Below are positions 44,973 through 53,896 of a DNA stretch of 64,000 nucleotides, in pieces (positions within the stretch are counted from its first letter, which is position 1; each line of letters opens with the position of its first letter). The position numbers and the translations under genes are program-made. Source of the DNA: Candidatus Micrarchaeaceae archaeon (lineage in GTDB: Archaea > Micrarchaeota > Micrarchaeia > Micrarchaeales > CABMGC01). The notes beneath the pieces are model-generated. The model worked only from the letters and a program-made list of their open reading frames with translations, was not told where the DNA came from and did not search any database. The DNA is taken from contig JAVZVY010000001.1 of NCBI GenBank assembly GCA_038878295.1, positions 42,163 through 106,162 of the forward strand. Direction: 5' to 3'.

Positions 44973-45293
44973 TTACCTCAGCCACAGCATGCCAACTACT
45001 TTCTTTCCCTGGGCCAGGTCAACCTTTACGCCGAACCTCCCGACCCAGTACGAAGCCACTTCCATCGATTTAGGGTCTTCTACATTGTCGAAGAGCTGGC
45101 CTACTACCTCGTCATTCAAGAGCAAAGGTATGTGCCTTATGCCCCTCGGGTCAGTCCATGGCTCTCCTTTTTTCACTTTGGAGAGAAGCTCCTTGCTGTC
45201 TTTTTCTACTTGCTTTTCGTCCAGCTCCTCGTTATCTGAGCTGTAGTACCTTCCGTTCATCCATCTCCATCCGTATCCTCTCATTTTTATCAC
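44973..45293 (-). CDS. Hypothetical protein (106 aa)
   Basis: Sits 7 nt downstream of the MFS gene. N-terminal aromatic/Gly patch RGYGWRWMNGRYY. No motif recognised. Confidence 0.45.
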   Translation of the reverse strand: MIKMRGYGWRWMNGRYYSSDNEELDEKQVEKDSKELLSKVKKGEPWTDPRGIRHIPLLLNDEVVGQLFDNVEDPKSMEVASYWVGRFGVKVDLAQGKKVVGMLWLR

Positions 45294-45300
45294 CTCAACA

Positions 45301-46527
45301 TTATTTTACGCTGCTTTCGGCCTGCTGCTTTGGTCTGAGAGCAAGCTCCCAGACGAAGAATATTGCCGTTATTGCAGCGAATATCCAGAGCGTTGTCGTG
45401 AAACCTAGGTATTTCACCGATGCCATGTAGCCAACGAGCGGCATGAGGATGGACATTATCATCATGCTAGAGCTGAAGAATGATGTTGATGTGCCTATTT
45501 CTTCAGGCTTGAACGTCGTATTGGCTATCTGCAGCCCGAGAGTCCATGCTATGCCATCTGGTATTGCGGCAATAAGGAATGCCAGAACAAAGAATATGAC
45601 TGACACCGAGCTCAATGCAAGGAATATAGCCGCTGCAAGGGCTACACTAACAGCAAAGACCATGTACGGTCTCCTGTTCTGTATCGGCGATTTCAGCCTT
45701 ATGATGAATCTCGTCACTACGTCGCCGACGAACATTATGGCAAACAGGTAGAAGACAGTTGTTGCTGAAAGGCCAAGAACCCCGCCGTAGATCACTCCAT
45801 ATGAGAATATTATGTAGAAAGGTATTGTATAGGCGAAGGCGGCTATGACTGCCCAGTTGAACTGCCTGTTCTTGAACAAAGATGCTATGCTCGTGCTTCC
45901 CTTTTGCCCTTTTTCTTCCATGTACTTAAGAGAATATTTTCCTCTCAGTGACGCTACAAACGGTATTGCCACAAAGGCCATCACTGCAAATATCAGGAAG
46001 ATTTCCTTGATTCCCAGATGCAGTATATAACCTGTAACGAATGGGGCTATGATGAGCGCGAGTGCAACCCAGAATGAGAATGCGGCCTGCTCAACCTGCC
46101 TCTTCGACTGATCGATTGACGCCATTCCCGCCATTGTCATGAACGAATCCATTACAAGGCCTGTTATGAAACCGTCAATGATCATAAGTGTATAGACCTC
46201 TGCGAAGCCCGACGCAAATATGTAGAGCGGCATCGTGATTCCAAGAAGTGCAAGGGAAATTATCTCAACCCTTTTCAACTGGCTGGGCCTAAATTTCCTC
46301 ATCAGAAATGCTGCAACTGCGAACGCCAGAGTAAAGAGCGCAAACCCTACTCCAACCTCGAACGAATTCATGCCGAACGCCAGTCCTAACGAGCCAATAG
46401 AGGTCTGATAGAACTGGAGCAGAAACCTGCCCATGAATGCGGCTATGATTATCAGCCATGATGCTCCGCTTATGACACCAAAATCCAATCCAACTTTTCC
46501 AAGATTTTTCCCAACCACGCCAATCAC
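45301..46527 (-). CDS. MFS transporter
   Basis: 408 aa with ~12 hydrophobic helices, GTG start. Divergent from a TetR regulator. Confidence 0.8.
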   Translation of the reverse strand: MIGVVGKNLGKVGLDFGVISGASWLIIIAAFMGRFLLQFYQTSIGSLGLAFGMNSFEVGVGFALFTLAFAVAAFLMRKFRPSQLKRVEIISLALLGITMPLYIFASGFAEVYTLMIIDGFITGLVMDSFMTMAGMASIDQSKRQVEQAAFSFWVALALIIAPFVTGYILHLGIKEIFLIFAVMAFVAIPFVASLRGKYSLKYMEEKGQKGSTSIASLFKNRQFNWAVIAAFAYTIPFYIIFSYGVIYGGVLGLSATTVFYLFAIMFVGDVVTRFIIRLKSPIQNRRPYMVFAVSVALAAAIFLALSSVSVIFFVLAFLIAAIPDGIAWTLGLQIANTTFKPEEIGTSTSFFSSSMMIMSILMPLVGYMASVKYLGFTTTLWIFAAITAIFFVWELALRPKQQAESSVK

Positions 46528-46543
46528 CTGACTAATCAGTCAG
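46528..46543. promoter_or_regulatory. Candidate TetR operator 1
   Basis: CTGACT-AATC-AGTCAG, a perfect 6-bp inverted repeat directly abutting the MFS start codon. Confidence 0.3.
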
Positions 46544-46587
46544 TTAGTATTATGAACATGCTGATATATAAACCTTTCCTAAAAATG

Positions 46588-46601
46588 ACTGACTACTCAG
46601 T
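46588..46601. promoter_or_regulatory. Candidate TetR operator 2
   Basis: ACTGAC-TA-CTCAGT (5/6 matching arms) shares the CTGAC/TCAG core with operator 1. Followed by TATATAAATA (TATA-like) upstream of tetR. Confidence 0.25.
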
Positions 46602-46648
46602 ATATAAATAATGACCGATAGGTTAATAAATTTACGTCGGCATTATAT

Positions 46649-47206
46649 ATGCGATTAGGCGATTGCGTGAGAGGTAATAAAGAAAAGCAAATAATAAATG
46701 CTGCCATAAACGTATTTTCAAAGAAGGGTTTTGACATATCGAACGTAGACGAAATCGCTTCAGCAGCCAAGGTAAGCAAAGGTACAGTATTCCTTTATTT
46801 CAAAAAGAAAGACGAACTGATAAAGCGAGTAGCACTACTTTCTGTGCCATACCCTGAAATTACTTCCATAAATAGCAAAACTTATGAGGACTACAAAAAA
46901 CTGCTAAACGATTTCGGCAATGCATTCTTGGATAAATACGCCGACAAGCGCATGCGAGAGCTGTTTATAATGACTATGGCAAAAAAAGGGTATTACAAGA
47001 TCATTGAAGACCAGCTTAAAGAGCTCTGCTTTGTAGAAATGGATAAGATGTTCAGCACAGTAGAAAGGTTAAGTGGCAGGCCTGTACACATTACTGTAAA
47101 GAAGGCGTTCTTCGGTGCGCTCTTGTGCTATATACTCTGGTGGGGCCACAACAACATAGATCCTGGCAAATACGTCAGCGATCTGGTAGACAATTTATTT
47201 GGATAG
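46649..47206 (+). CDS. TetR-family transcriptional regulator
   Basis: 185 aa. HTH IINAAINVFSKKGFDISNVDEIASAAKVSKGTVFLYFKKKDEL. Confidence 0.87.
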   Translation: MRLGDCVRGNKEKQIINAAINVFSKKGFDISNVDEIASAAKVSKGTVFLYFKKKDELIKRVALLSVPYPEITSINSKTYEDYKKLLNDFGNAFLDKYADKRMRELFIMTMAKKGYYKIIEDQLKELCFVEMDKMFSTVERLSGRPVHITVKKAFFGALLCYILWWGHNNIDPGKYVSDLVDNLFG

Positions 47207-47491
47207 AGAGACAAATGAGCAACTAAATGCACTAAGCTAGAAAACTAGCAATTTAGGGAACCTTGGCGCAGCTGAATTCTGCAATTACCGGAATTTTTAT
47301 ACCTTTTCTATTCAGCAAAGCAGGTGATGCCGCCGCTGGCTATTGCTTACTGCCACTATTCCATCTATTTCATTTTGTCAATAGAATCAGCCATCGGCAA
47401 GCTTTTTTGAGGGCATCATACTATAAGGAGTTGCCTCGAAGAAAGAAAGTAGCGTGTCTTGTCGACTGCCCAAACAATACAGAGTACAGAA

Positions 47492-47566
47492 TGGGCCCGG
47501 AGAGATTTGAACTCTCGACCTACGGCTTATAAGACCGCCGCTCTAACCATGCTGAGCTACGAGCCC
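47492..47566 (-). tRNA. tRNA-Ile(UAU)
   Basis: Minus strand: GGGCTCG TA GCTC AGCATGGTTA GAGC G GCGGT CTTATAA GCCGT AGGTC GAGAG TTCAAAT CTCTC CGGGCCC A. Anticodon TAT at 47531..47529. No intron. Overlaps two spurious ORF-track entries. Confidence 0.88.
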
Positions 47567-47629
47567 AAACTAACAATATTATATTTTGCTATACTTATTT
47601 ATTTTATACCTTATCGCTGGTGCTCATTG

Positions 47630-48934
47630 ATGGATTTCGGTGAAGGTCTGAGAAAAGCAATAGCAAGGCTCAGCGGAGCCACCATCATAGACGCAAAGAC
47701 AATCAGAGAATTTAACAAGGAGCTGCAGAAGGCGCTGCTTAGCGCAGATGTTGACGTAAACCTTGTCTTTGAGTTCACTAAAAAGATAGAGGACGCTGCA
47801 CTTCATGAAAAGCTGCCACCAGGAGTTACTCCTAAGGAGTACATAACTAACATGGTATATGATGAGCTTGTCAAGCTTGTAGGCGAGGCTTACGCGCCAG
47901 AAATAAAACCGAAAAAAATATTGCTGCTTGGTATATACGGCTCCGGCAAAACCACTACCGCTGCGAAGCTTGCTAAATTTTACCAGGACAGAGGCCTTAG
48001 CAGCGGCCTCATTTGTTGCGACGTCTCGAGGCCAGCCGCATATGAGCAGCTCGAAACATTGGCAAAGCAAGCTAACGTAGGATTTTATGGTATAAAGGGA
48101 GAAAAGGACGTAAAGAAGATTGTTTCAGCTGCCTTGCGCGAGCTCAAGGACAGAAAGGTCCTCATATGTGATTCGAGCGGAAGAAATTCGCTTGACAAGG
48201 AGCTTACCGACGAGCTTAAAAAAATAGTAGAAGCTTTCAAACCAGACGAAAAACTTCTGGTAATAAACGCCGATACAGGGCAGGTTGCTGGAAGCCAGGC
48301 CAGAGGATTCAACGATGCTGTCGGGGTGGATGGCGTAATAATAACAAAGCTTGATGGCTCTGGAAAAGGCGGAGGCGCACTGAGCGCCGTAAATGAGGCA
48401 AAAGCAAGGGTGACTATGATCGGCGTGGGCGAGAAGCTCAACGCCATCGAGCTCTTCGATCCGAAGAAATACGTTGGGAGGCTTCTTGGCATACCTGATA
48501 TAGAGGGACTCATAGCTAAGGTAAATGAGGCGGTAAAGGAAGCAAACATAAAGCCTGAAGACGTGAATGTCGAAACCCTCACGTTCGATACGTTTTACAC
48601 CCAGCTCAAAGCAATGCAGAAAATGGGTCCTTTGAAGAACATAGTTGGTATGATGGGCATGCCAGACATGCCAAGTAGCATACTCGATCAGAGCGAAAGC
48701 AAATTCAAGAAATATGAGGCTATTATAGGGTCCATGACTAAGGAAGAAAGGTCAAATGGATCGTTGATGCACAATTCTTCGCGAGTAAGAAGAGTCGCAA
48801 TGGGCAGCGGCACTGAAGAAAAGGACGTAAGGCAGCTTGTAAGCGACTTTGAGAAAATGAAAAAGATCATGAAGATGATTGAAAACGACAGAAACCTGAG
48901 AAAAAAGATGGGCAAATTCATTCAAAGCATGTAA
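47630..48934 (+). CDS. srp54: Signal recognition particle protein SRP54
   Basis: Start moved to ATG 47630 (MDFGEGLRKAIARL); the ORF-track start at 47459 runs through the tRNA. G-domain GIYGSGKTTTAAKLA, DTGQ, TKLDG. Met-rich M domain. Confidence 0.93.
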   Translation: MDFGEGLRKAIARLSGATIIDAKTIREFNKELQKALLSADVDVNLVFEFTKKIEDAALHEKLPPGVTPKEYITNMVYDELVKLVGEAYAPEIKPKKILLLGIYGSGKTTTAAKLAKFYQDRGLSSGLICCDVSRPAAYEQLETLAKQANVGFYGIKGEKDVKKIVSAALRELKDRKVLICDSSGRNSLDKELTDELKKIVEAFKPDEKLLVINADTGQVAGSQARGFNDAVGVDGVIITKLDGSGKGGGALSAVNEAKARVTMIGVGEKLNAIELFDPKKYVGRLLGIPDIEGLIAKVNEAVKEANIKPEDVNVETLTFDTFYTQLKAMQKMGPLKNIVGMMGMPDMPSSILDQSESKFKKYEAIIGSMTKEERSNGSLMHNSSRVRRVAMGSGTEEKDVRQLVSDFEKMKKIMKMIENDRNLRKKMGKFIQSM

Positions 48935-49102
48935 AAATTTAAAACCAAAAAAAATAGAAAAACAACTCAAAATTCACTTCATTTCTTGCTTTTCTTTCCC
49001 TTCTTCTTTGCCATTTCATCTACCAGTGTTAAAATTATTTACATAAAAATATTTAAGATAGACATTTTTATTCATATATAATCGTATATTGTTATTCAAG
49101 TT

Positions 49103-50221
49103 TTGCATGATTTTATGGAAGACAGCGCAGCAAGCAGAAAGCTTGATGAGCTTTTAGATGAATATTCTAGAACTAAATACAACAAAGCGACAGACAAACA
49201 TTTAGGTATCCTTAGGGCAAAAATCGCAAAAATTAGGAAGGAGCTTTCTTCTAAGCGTGAGAAAAAAGGCTTTGGCTTTTCGATTAGAAAGGAGGGCGAC
49301 GCGACTGTAGCGCTTGTAGGAATGCCTAATTCGGGCAAGTCTTCGATATTGAATGCGCTTACCAATGCGAAATCTGCTGTTTCTGAGAGAGTGTTTACCA
49401 CAGTCGAGGCCATCCCTGGCATGCTTTTGTATAAGGGGGCAAAGATACAACTCCTCGATCTGCCTGGCTTGATAGAAGATGCCTATAAGGGCAGCGGGGG
49501 CAGTATGAAGATAATGAGCGCGGCGAGAAATGCGGATCTGTTTCTGTTTGTTGCTGACGCCACAAATGTTGAGCCGCTTCTTAATCTTATAGCGGACATG
49601 AAAAAGTTTGGAGTCATAGTAAACGAAAGTCCGCCAGACATAATTGTGGAAAAGCGCGCGAGAGGCGGCATAAGAATAAACAGCGGCGAAAGGAGAGTAC
49701 CCTCAAGAGAAGCCATTAAAAGTATACTCGAAGAGTTCAAAATATTCAACGCAGAAATAACTTTCAGATCGGATGCCACCGAGGAGGATATGATTTACGC
49801 GATAGCGAAGAATAGGGTTTATGTGAAGGGTGCGATGGTCTTGAATAAGATAGATACTGTAGAAAATTTTGTAGAGCTTGCAGGTACTCTGGAAAAAAAG
49901 ACGCATATGGAGGTTATACCGATAAGCGCATTATTGATGAAAAACATTGATCTCTTAAAGGACAGGATATTTGATATGCTGGAATTGCAGAGAATTTACC
50001 TCAAGCCTAAAAACGGCCAAGTCGATTACGAAAGGCCTGTAGTAGTGAAAAAAGGAAGCACAGTAATTGACGTTGCAAGAAGGATACATACAGACATGGC
50101 TAAGAACTTCAAGTATGCATATGTCAGCGGCAGCAGTGTCAAATTTGACAACCAGAAGGTCGGCCCTGAGCACGTTGTTTCTGATGGTGATACGGTAACG
50201 ATAGTCTATGCAAAAAGTTAA
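49103..50221 (+). CDS. DRG/Obg-family GTPase with C-terminal TGS domain
   Basis: 372 aa. VALVGMPNSGKSSILNALT, DLPGLIE, LNKID. TGS-like VVVKKGSTVIDVARRIHTDM. Confidence 0.85.
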   Translation: MHDFMEDSAASRKLDELLDEYSRTKYNKATDKHLGILRAKIAKIRKELSSKREKKGFGFSIRKEGDATVALVGMPNSGKSSILNALTNAKSAVSERVFTTVEAIPGMLLYKGAKIQLLDLPGLIEDAYKGSGGSMKIMSAARNADLFLFVADATNVEPLLNLIADMKKFGVIVNESPPDIIVEKRARGGIRINSGERRVPSREAIKSILEEFKIFNAEITFRSDATEEDMIYAIAKNRVYVKGAMVLNKIDTVENFVELAGTLEKKTHMEVIPISALLMKNIDLLKDRIFDMLELQRIYLKPKNGQVDYERPVVVKKGSTVIDVARRIHTDMAKNFKYAYVSGSSVKFDNQKVGPEHVVSDGDTVTIVYAKS

Positions 50222-50251
50222 TATTGTTTTTTGAGATAGTTTAGTGATTCG

Positions 50252-50734
50252 ATGGCGCTGAAGTATTGGGAATTCGAGGATGCCCCTCTTAAGGAGAAGA
50301 TAAAAAACCCGAGTGTAAAAGAGATAGCCAACGTGTTTTTTGAAAACGAGACAAAGGCTTATAGGTTCGCGAAGGCGCTTGCATTAGTAAAGAAGAAGGG
50401 TGAATTGAGACTTAAAGACTGCGGAGAAGAACTGCCTCTCGCCACTTGGAAGAGGTATTTGGATTTCGGCATAAGAGTTGGTCTGCTGAAGCACGAAAAT
50501 GGCGCATATTCGTTTACGGACAGGTACTCTAAGCCTCTAAAAAATTTTTCGCTTTACATAAAAGCTTGGATGGAATCAAAAAATGACGAGGATCTGGAGG
50601 TTTTGTTTGCAGGAGCGAAGTCAGGAAAGCAAACTAAGAGAGGAGGCCGCGCGCCAGAGATTACAGGTGGAGAAACGGTTCACGGCGACGAACAAACAAA
50701 TCAGGACAGCTCCGCGCCCTCTACGCAAAGCTGA
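50252..50734 (+). CDS. Hypothetical protein (160 aa) with disordered basic/acidic tail
   Basis: ATG ORF. Possible wHTH-like core. No motif recognised. Confidence 0.45.
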   Translation: MALKYWEFEDAPLKEKIKNPSVKEIANVFFENETKAYRFAKALALVKKKGELRLKDCGEELPLATWKRYLDFGIRVGLLKHENGAYSFTDRYSKPLKNFSLYIKAWMESKNDEDLEVLFAGAKSGKQTKRGGRAPEITGGETVHGDEQTNQDSSAPSTQS

Positions 50735-50745
50735 TTCGCGACAGC

Positions 50746-52194
50746 CTATTTCCTGTACCACACGGTGCCATTTTCTGTATCTTCGATTTCGTACCCATAT
50801 TCTTCGCGTATTTTCTGCCGTATAGAATCGGCGCTTTTGTAATCACCTTTTTTCCTAAGCTCTTCCCGACTTTTTATGAGTTCGGCCACATCGCGCGGAA
50901 GCTGCTGTTTGTATGTATCTCTTTCAAGAACGCCGAATACACCGGCCAGTGCCAAAACTGTGGATATTGCCTTGCCTTTTGCTTCCCTGCCTATATAAGC
51001 ATTTGATTCGGCGATTTTTTTCAAATCAGAAATAGCGCTGACCAATGCAGAGAGCGCAAGGGGTGTATTGAAGTCATCGTTCATTGCTGCTTCGAATTCT
51101 TCTTCGAGCTTTGCAATCACTGCACCAATACCGGAATCGGCATCGCTTTTTTCGGCTTCTTTAGAGTTGTAGAATACGCTAAATGCTGAGTAAATATAAC
51201 GCAATTTCTTGGATGCTTCAACGAGCAACGCTTCGCTGTATTCGATGTCCTTCCTGTAATGGGTCGAAGCATATAGCAGTCTGATTTCTTCAGAGCCAAA
51301 CTTCTGCAAAACATCCCTTATCCTAACAAAGTTTTTAAGGCTCTTGCTCATTTTTTCGGACTTTACATTGAGCACGCCAGAATGCAGCCAGTATTTTACG
51401 AAAGGCTTTACTCCGAACGCAGCCTCAGATTGGGCTATCTCGTTCGTATGATGTGGGAAAATAAGCTCAGAGGCGCCGCCATGTATGTCGTATTGCGGCC
51501 CGAAAATGGCATGTGTCATTGCGGTATCTTCTATGTGCCAGCCTGGCCTGCCATTTAGTTCAATTTCTTTGCCATTGATTACAATGGTTATGCGCCATGA
51601 TGGCTCGCCTTCCTTCGCGGCCTTCCACAGGGCGAAATCGTAGCTGTTTTTCTTGCCTTCCCTTGGTTCTATCCTGTGTTTAACCAGGTCTTCTATTTTC
51701 ATCATCGAGAGTTTCGTATAGTCAGAAAACTTTGAAACGTCGTAATAGATATCTTCGTCTACAAGGTACGCGTAGCCTTTATCTATAAGTAGCTGTATCT
51801 GATCTCTGATCTCTTTTATGTAGTCGTGCGATCTTGGATACATGTCCACGTCACGCTTCACACCCAAGGCTTCCATGTCCTCAAGAAATCGCTTCTCGTA
51901 ATATCTAGCAAGCTCTATCGGGTCGACGCCGCGCTCTTTGGCTCTGGCGATTATCTTGTCATCTACGTCAGTTATGTTCTGTACGTATTTCACTTCGTAG
52001 CCCAGGTGTCTGAGCCAACGCACGATTATGTCGAAATTTATGTATGTTTTAGCGTGCCCCATATGGGCATCGTCATACACAGTCTGGCCGCACACAAACA
52101 TGTTTACTTTATTTCCATTCAGAGGAATGAATTCCTCCTTATCCCTATGCAGCGTATTGAATACGAAAAGTTTGCTTGGGTTTTTCCCTTCCAT
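50746..52194 (-). CDS. cysS: Cysteine--tRNA ligase
   Basis: Start at ATG 52194 (MEGKNPSKLFVFNTL). HIGH = HMGH and KMSKS are present. Confidence 0.93.
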   Translation of the reverse strand: MEGKNPSKLFVFNTLHRDKEEFIPLNGNKVNMFVCGQTVYDDAHMGHAKTYINFDIIVRWLRHLGYEVKYVQNITDVDDKIIARAKERGVDPIELARYYEKRFLEDMEALGVKRDVDMYPRSHDYIKEIRDQIQLLIDKGYAYLVDEDIYYDVSKFSDYTKLSMMKIEDLVKHRIEPREGKKNSYDFALWKAAKEGEPSWRITIVINGKEIELNGRPGWHIEDTAMTHAIFGPQYDIHGGASELIFPHHTNEIAQSEAAFGVKPFVKYWLHSGVLNVKSEKMSKSLKNFVRIRDVLQKFGSEEIRLLYASTHYRKDIEYSEALLVEASKKLRYIYSAFSVFYNSKEAEKSDADSGIGAVIAKLEEEFEAAMNDDFNTPLALSALVSAISDLKKIAESNAYIGREAKGKAISTVLALAGVFGVLERDTYKQQLPRDVAELIKSREELRKKGDYKSADSIRQKIREEYGYEIEDTENGTVWYRK

Positions 52195-52245
52195 AATTAA
52201 AACGCTTAAGTAAAAGTATATTAACGTTTTCTGCAAATAGCGGGC

Positions 52246-53013
52246 TTACGGCATTATTGTCTGATTTACTACGATGTTAGGCGTATAAGTCGGGCTTTTG
52301 CTCTGGTAGAAATCCGTCACTGCAATGTATTGTGAATGGGTCGCTATGGTACCGACCACTCCTGCTACAACCTTTATGCTTATGTTTTGGCACATAAATA
52401 CTGAAATTGGTATTGAGGCGTTTACGAAATTGCTTGATGGATATGGATTGTTTGGCGCAGCGTATGTGTTATAGTGGGCTACGAATACAGGCTTGCCATT
52501 TTGAAGAAGTTCTATATAAAGCAGATTATTCTGTGGCGAGATTATCTTGAAATTGAGATAAGGCTCAACGACCTTAAATATTGAGGACGTTATATTGCCA
52601 GGCTGAAGAGCCAAGCCTCCATGGAAAGTAGTTGCAATAAATGTATTATTGATTCCTGTCCAAGTGTGGTTGTAGTAGCCGCCGTTGTTGTTTGCATATG
52701 TTATATTTAGTGGCGCTGTTCCAAAGCCGTAGCCTGTAACATGCCAGTCAGCATACGTGCCTGTTGAAAAATTGCCGTTTGGTATAGGCACGGTTGCATT
52801 GGCAGATGTGCACAAACTAAATATAGTAGTTGATGCTGATGTTGTTTTTGTTGTGGTAGATACAGGCACTGTTGTGGATGCTGTGGTTTTTGACGTCGTA
52901 GTTGAAGTAGTTGTTGGCAGTATTTTTGAATGAGGTGACGGCAGGTAAAGAGCTAAAGCCACAATAGCAAGCAGTATAAAAATTATTATGTAAGCTACAA
53001 TCCCTTTGTGCAT
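52246..53013 (-). CDS. Membrane-anchored surface glycoprotein with Thr/Ser-rich stalk and beta-sandwich-like domain
   Basis: 255 aa. Signal-anchor IVAYIIIFILLAIVALALYL. Stalk TTTSTTTSKTTASTTVPVSTTTKTTSASTT. Domain begins PNGNFSTGTYADWHVTGYGFG. Many sequons. Confidence 0.55.
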   Translation of the reverse strand: MHKGIVAYIIIFILLAIVALALYLPSPHSKILPTTTSTTTSKTTASTTVPVSTTTKTTSASTTIFSLCTSANATVPIPNGNFSTGTYADWHVTGYGFGTAPLNITYANNNGGYYNHTWTGINNTFIATTFHGGLALQPGNITSSIFKVVEPYLNFKIISPQNNLLYIELLQNGKPVFVAHYNTYAAPNNPYPSSNFVNASIPISVFMCQNISIKVVAGVVGTIATHSQYIAVTDFYQSKSPTYTPNIVVNQTIMP

Positions 53014-53192
53014 AAAAACACACTGTTGTATTAAGCATATTTATATTTATATAGTTATTCGTGCGTGTAGCGGCAATAAAAAACTTAAAAGTAATAGTCT
53101 CTGCTTGAATTTGATTGTGCTGATGCGGTAGATTTTTAAGATGTTGTGCATAATTATAAGCACAATCTTACATTAATGCGCGTGGTGTTAGC

Positions 53193-53306
53193 TTGGGAAG
53201 TATACCTAGGAAATGGAAAAAGAAAGGAAGAATGAGATGGAAGTGGGTAAAGAAAAGAAGAAAGAGGATCAAGAGAGCCCAAAAGAGAAGAGTCGGCGAG
53301 CTCTAA
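53193..53306 (+). CDS. rpl41e: 50S ribosomal protein L41e (37 aa), not in the ORF track
   Basis: TTG start. Translation [37 protein letters not shown] closely parallels M. jannaschii L41e (..[30 protein letters not shown]) as I recall it. The 3' end overlaps bud32 by 4 nt (convergent). Confidence 0.7.
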   Translation: MGSIPRKWKKKGRMRWKWVKKRRKRIKRAQKRRVGEL

Positions 53307-53896
53307 GCGGTAAGCAGCGTTCTGCTTTGGTAGCGCCCTCTTTTCTCTATTTCGGCAAGCCTTTCTATCACTTCTTCTGAATCGACAGCCAGCTTAGCAT
53401 AGATTTTTTCTAGAGTTCTGTATTGTTTTCTTTCTATAGATCTTTTTATGAGTAGCAGATCTATGGCCTTCTCTTCGGCGCTAGATGTATGCTCAGCCAA
53501 ACCAAAATCTATTATGTATATATCGCTGCCGTCAACCAGGATGTTCGCTGGGGTAAAATCGCCGTGCGCTATGCCGGCATTGTGCAGTTTGGCTAGGTAG
53601 AAACCTATTTTTGAAAATGTTTTCGCGTTTGCAGGCATGTCTTTAAGCTGTTTACCTTGCACTCTTTCCATGTATATTGTATATTTACTGAATGCCACAA
53701 GCCGCGGAACCCTCACGCCAGCTTTCGCGGCATTATACAAAGCCCTTGCTTCTTTCTTTGTACGGGTTTGTCTTATTTCTTCGTCGATAACCCTGTTTCT
53801 GTAATCTTTTGGAATTCTTACTTTCGCGACGAGCTCCTTGCCGAAGAGGTTCAATGCAAAGAGTTTGGCTTCTGCACCCTCACTTATTTCATGCAT
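53303..53896 (-). CDS. bud32: KEOPS kinase/ATPase Bud32
   Basis: 197 aa. [54 protein letters not shown]. 8-nt overlap with kae1. Confidence 0.87.
   Translation of the reverse strand: MHEISEGAEAKLFALNLFGKELVAKVRIPKDYRNRVIDEEIRQTRTKKEARALYNAAKAGVRVPRLVAFSKYTIYMERVQGKQLKDMPANAKTFSKIGFYLAKLHNAGIAHGDFTPANILVDGSDIYIIDFGLAEHTSSAEEKAIDLLLIKRSIERKQYRTLEKIYAKLAVDSEEVIERLAEIEKRGRYQSRTLLTA

Noticed and set aside
47263-47629. ORF 47263..47532 and the first 57 codons of ORF 47459..48934
   Set aside because: Both run through the tRNA-Ile(UAU) gene on the opposite strand. SRP54 homology begins at ATG 47630.
48939-49019. Lys/Arg-rich minus-strand micro-ORFs downstream of srp54 (MKWQRRRERKARNEVNFELFFYFFWF, or MAKKKGKKSKK in another frame)
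   Set aside because: They look superficially like L41e, but the sequence does not match the L41e core. The tail is an implausible F/Y/W run produced by an A-rich terminator-like tract. A convincing L41e gene exists at 53193..53306.
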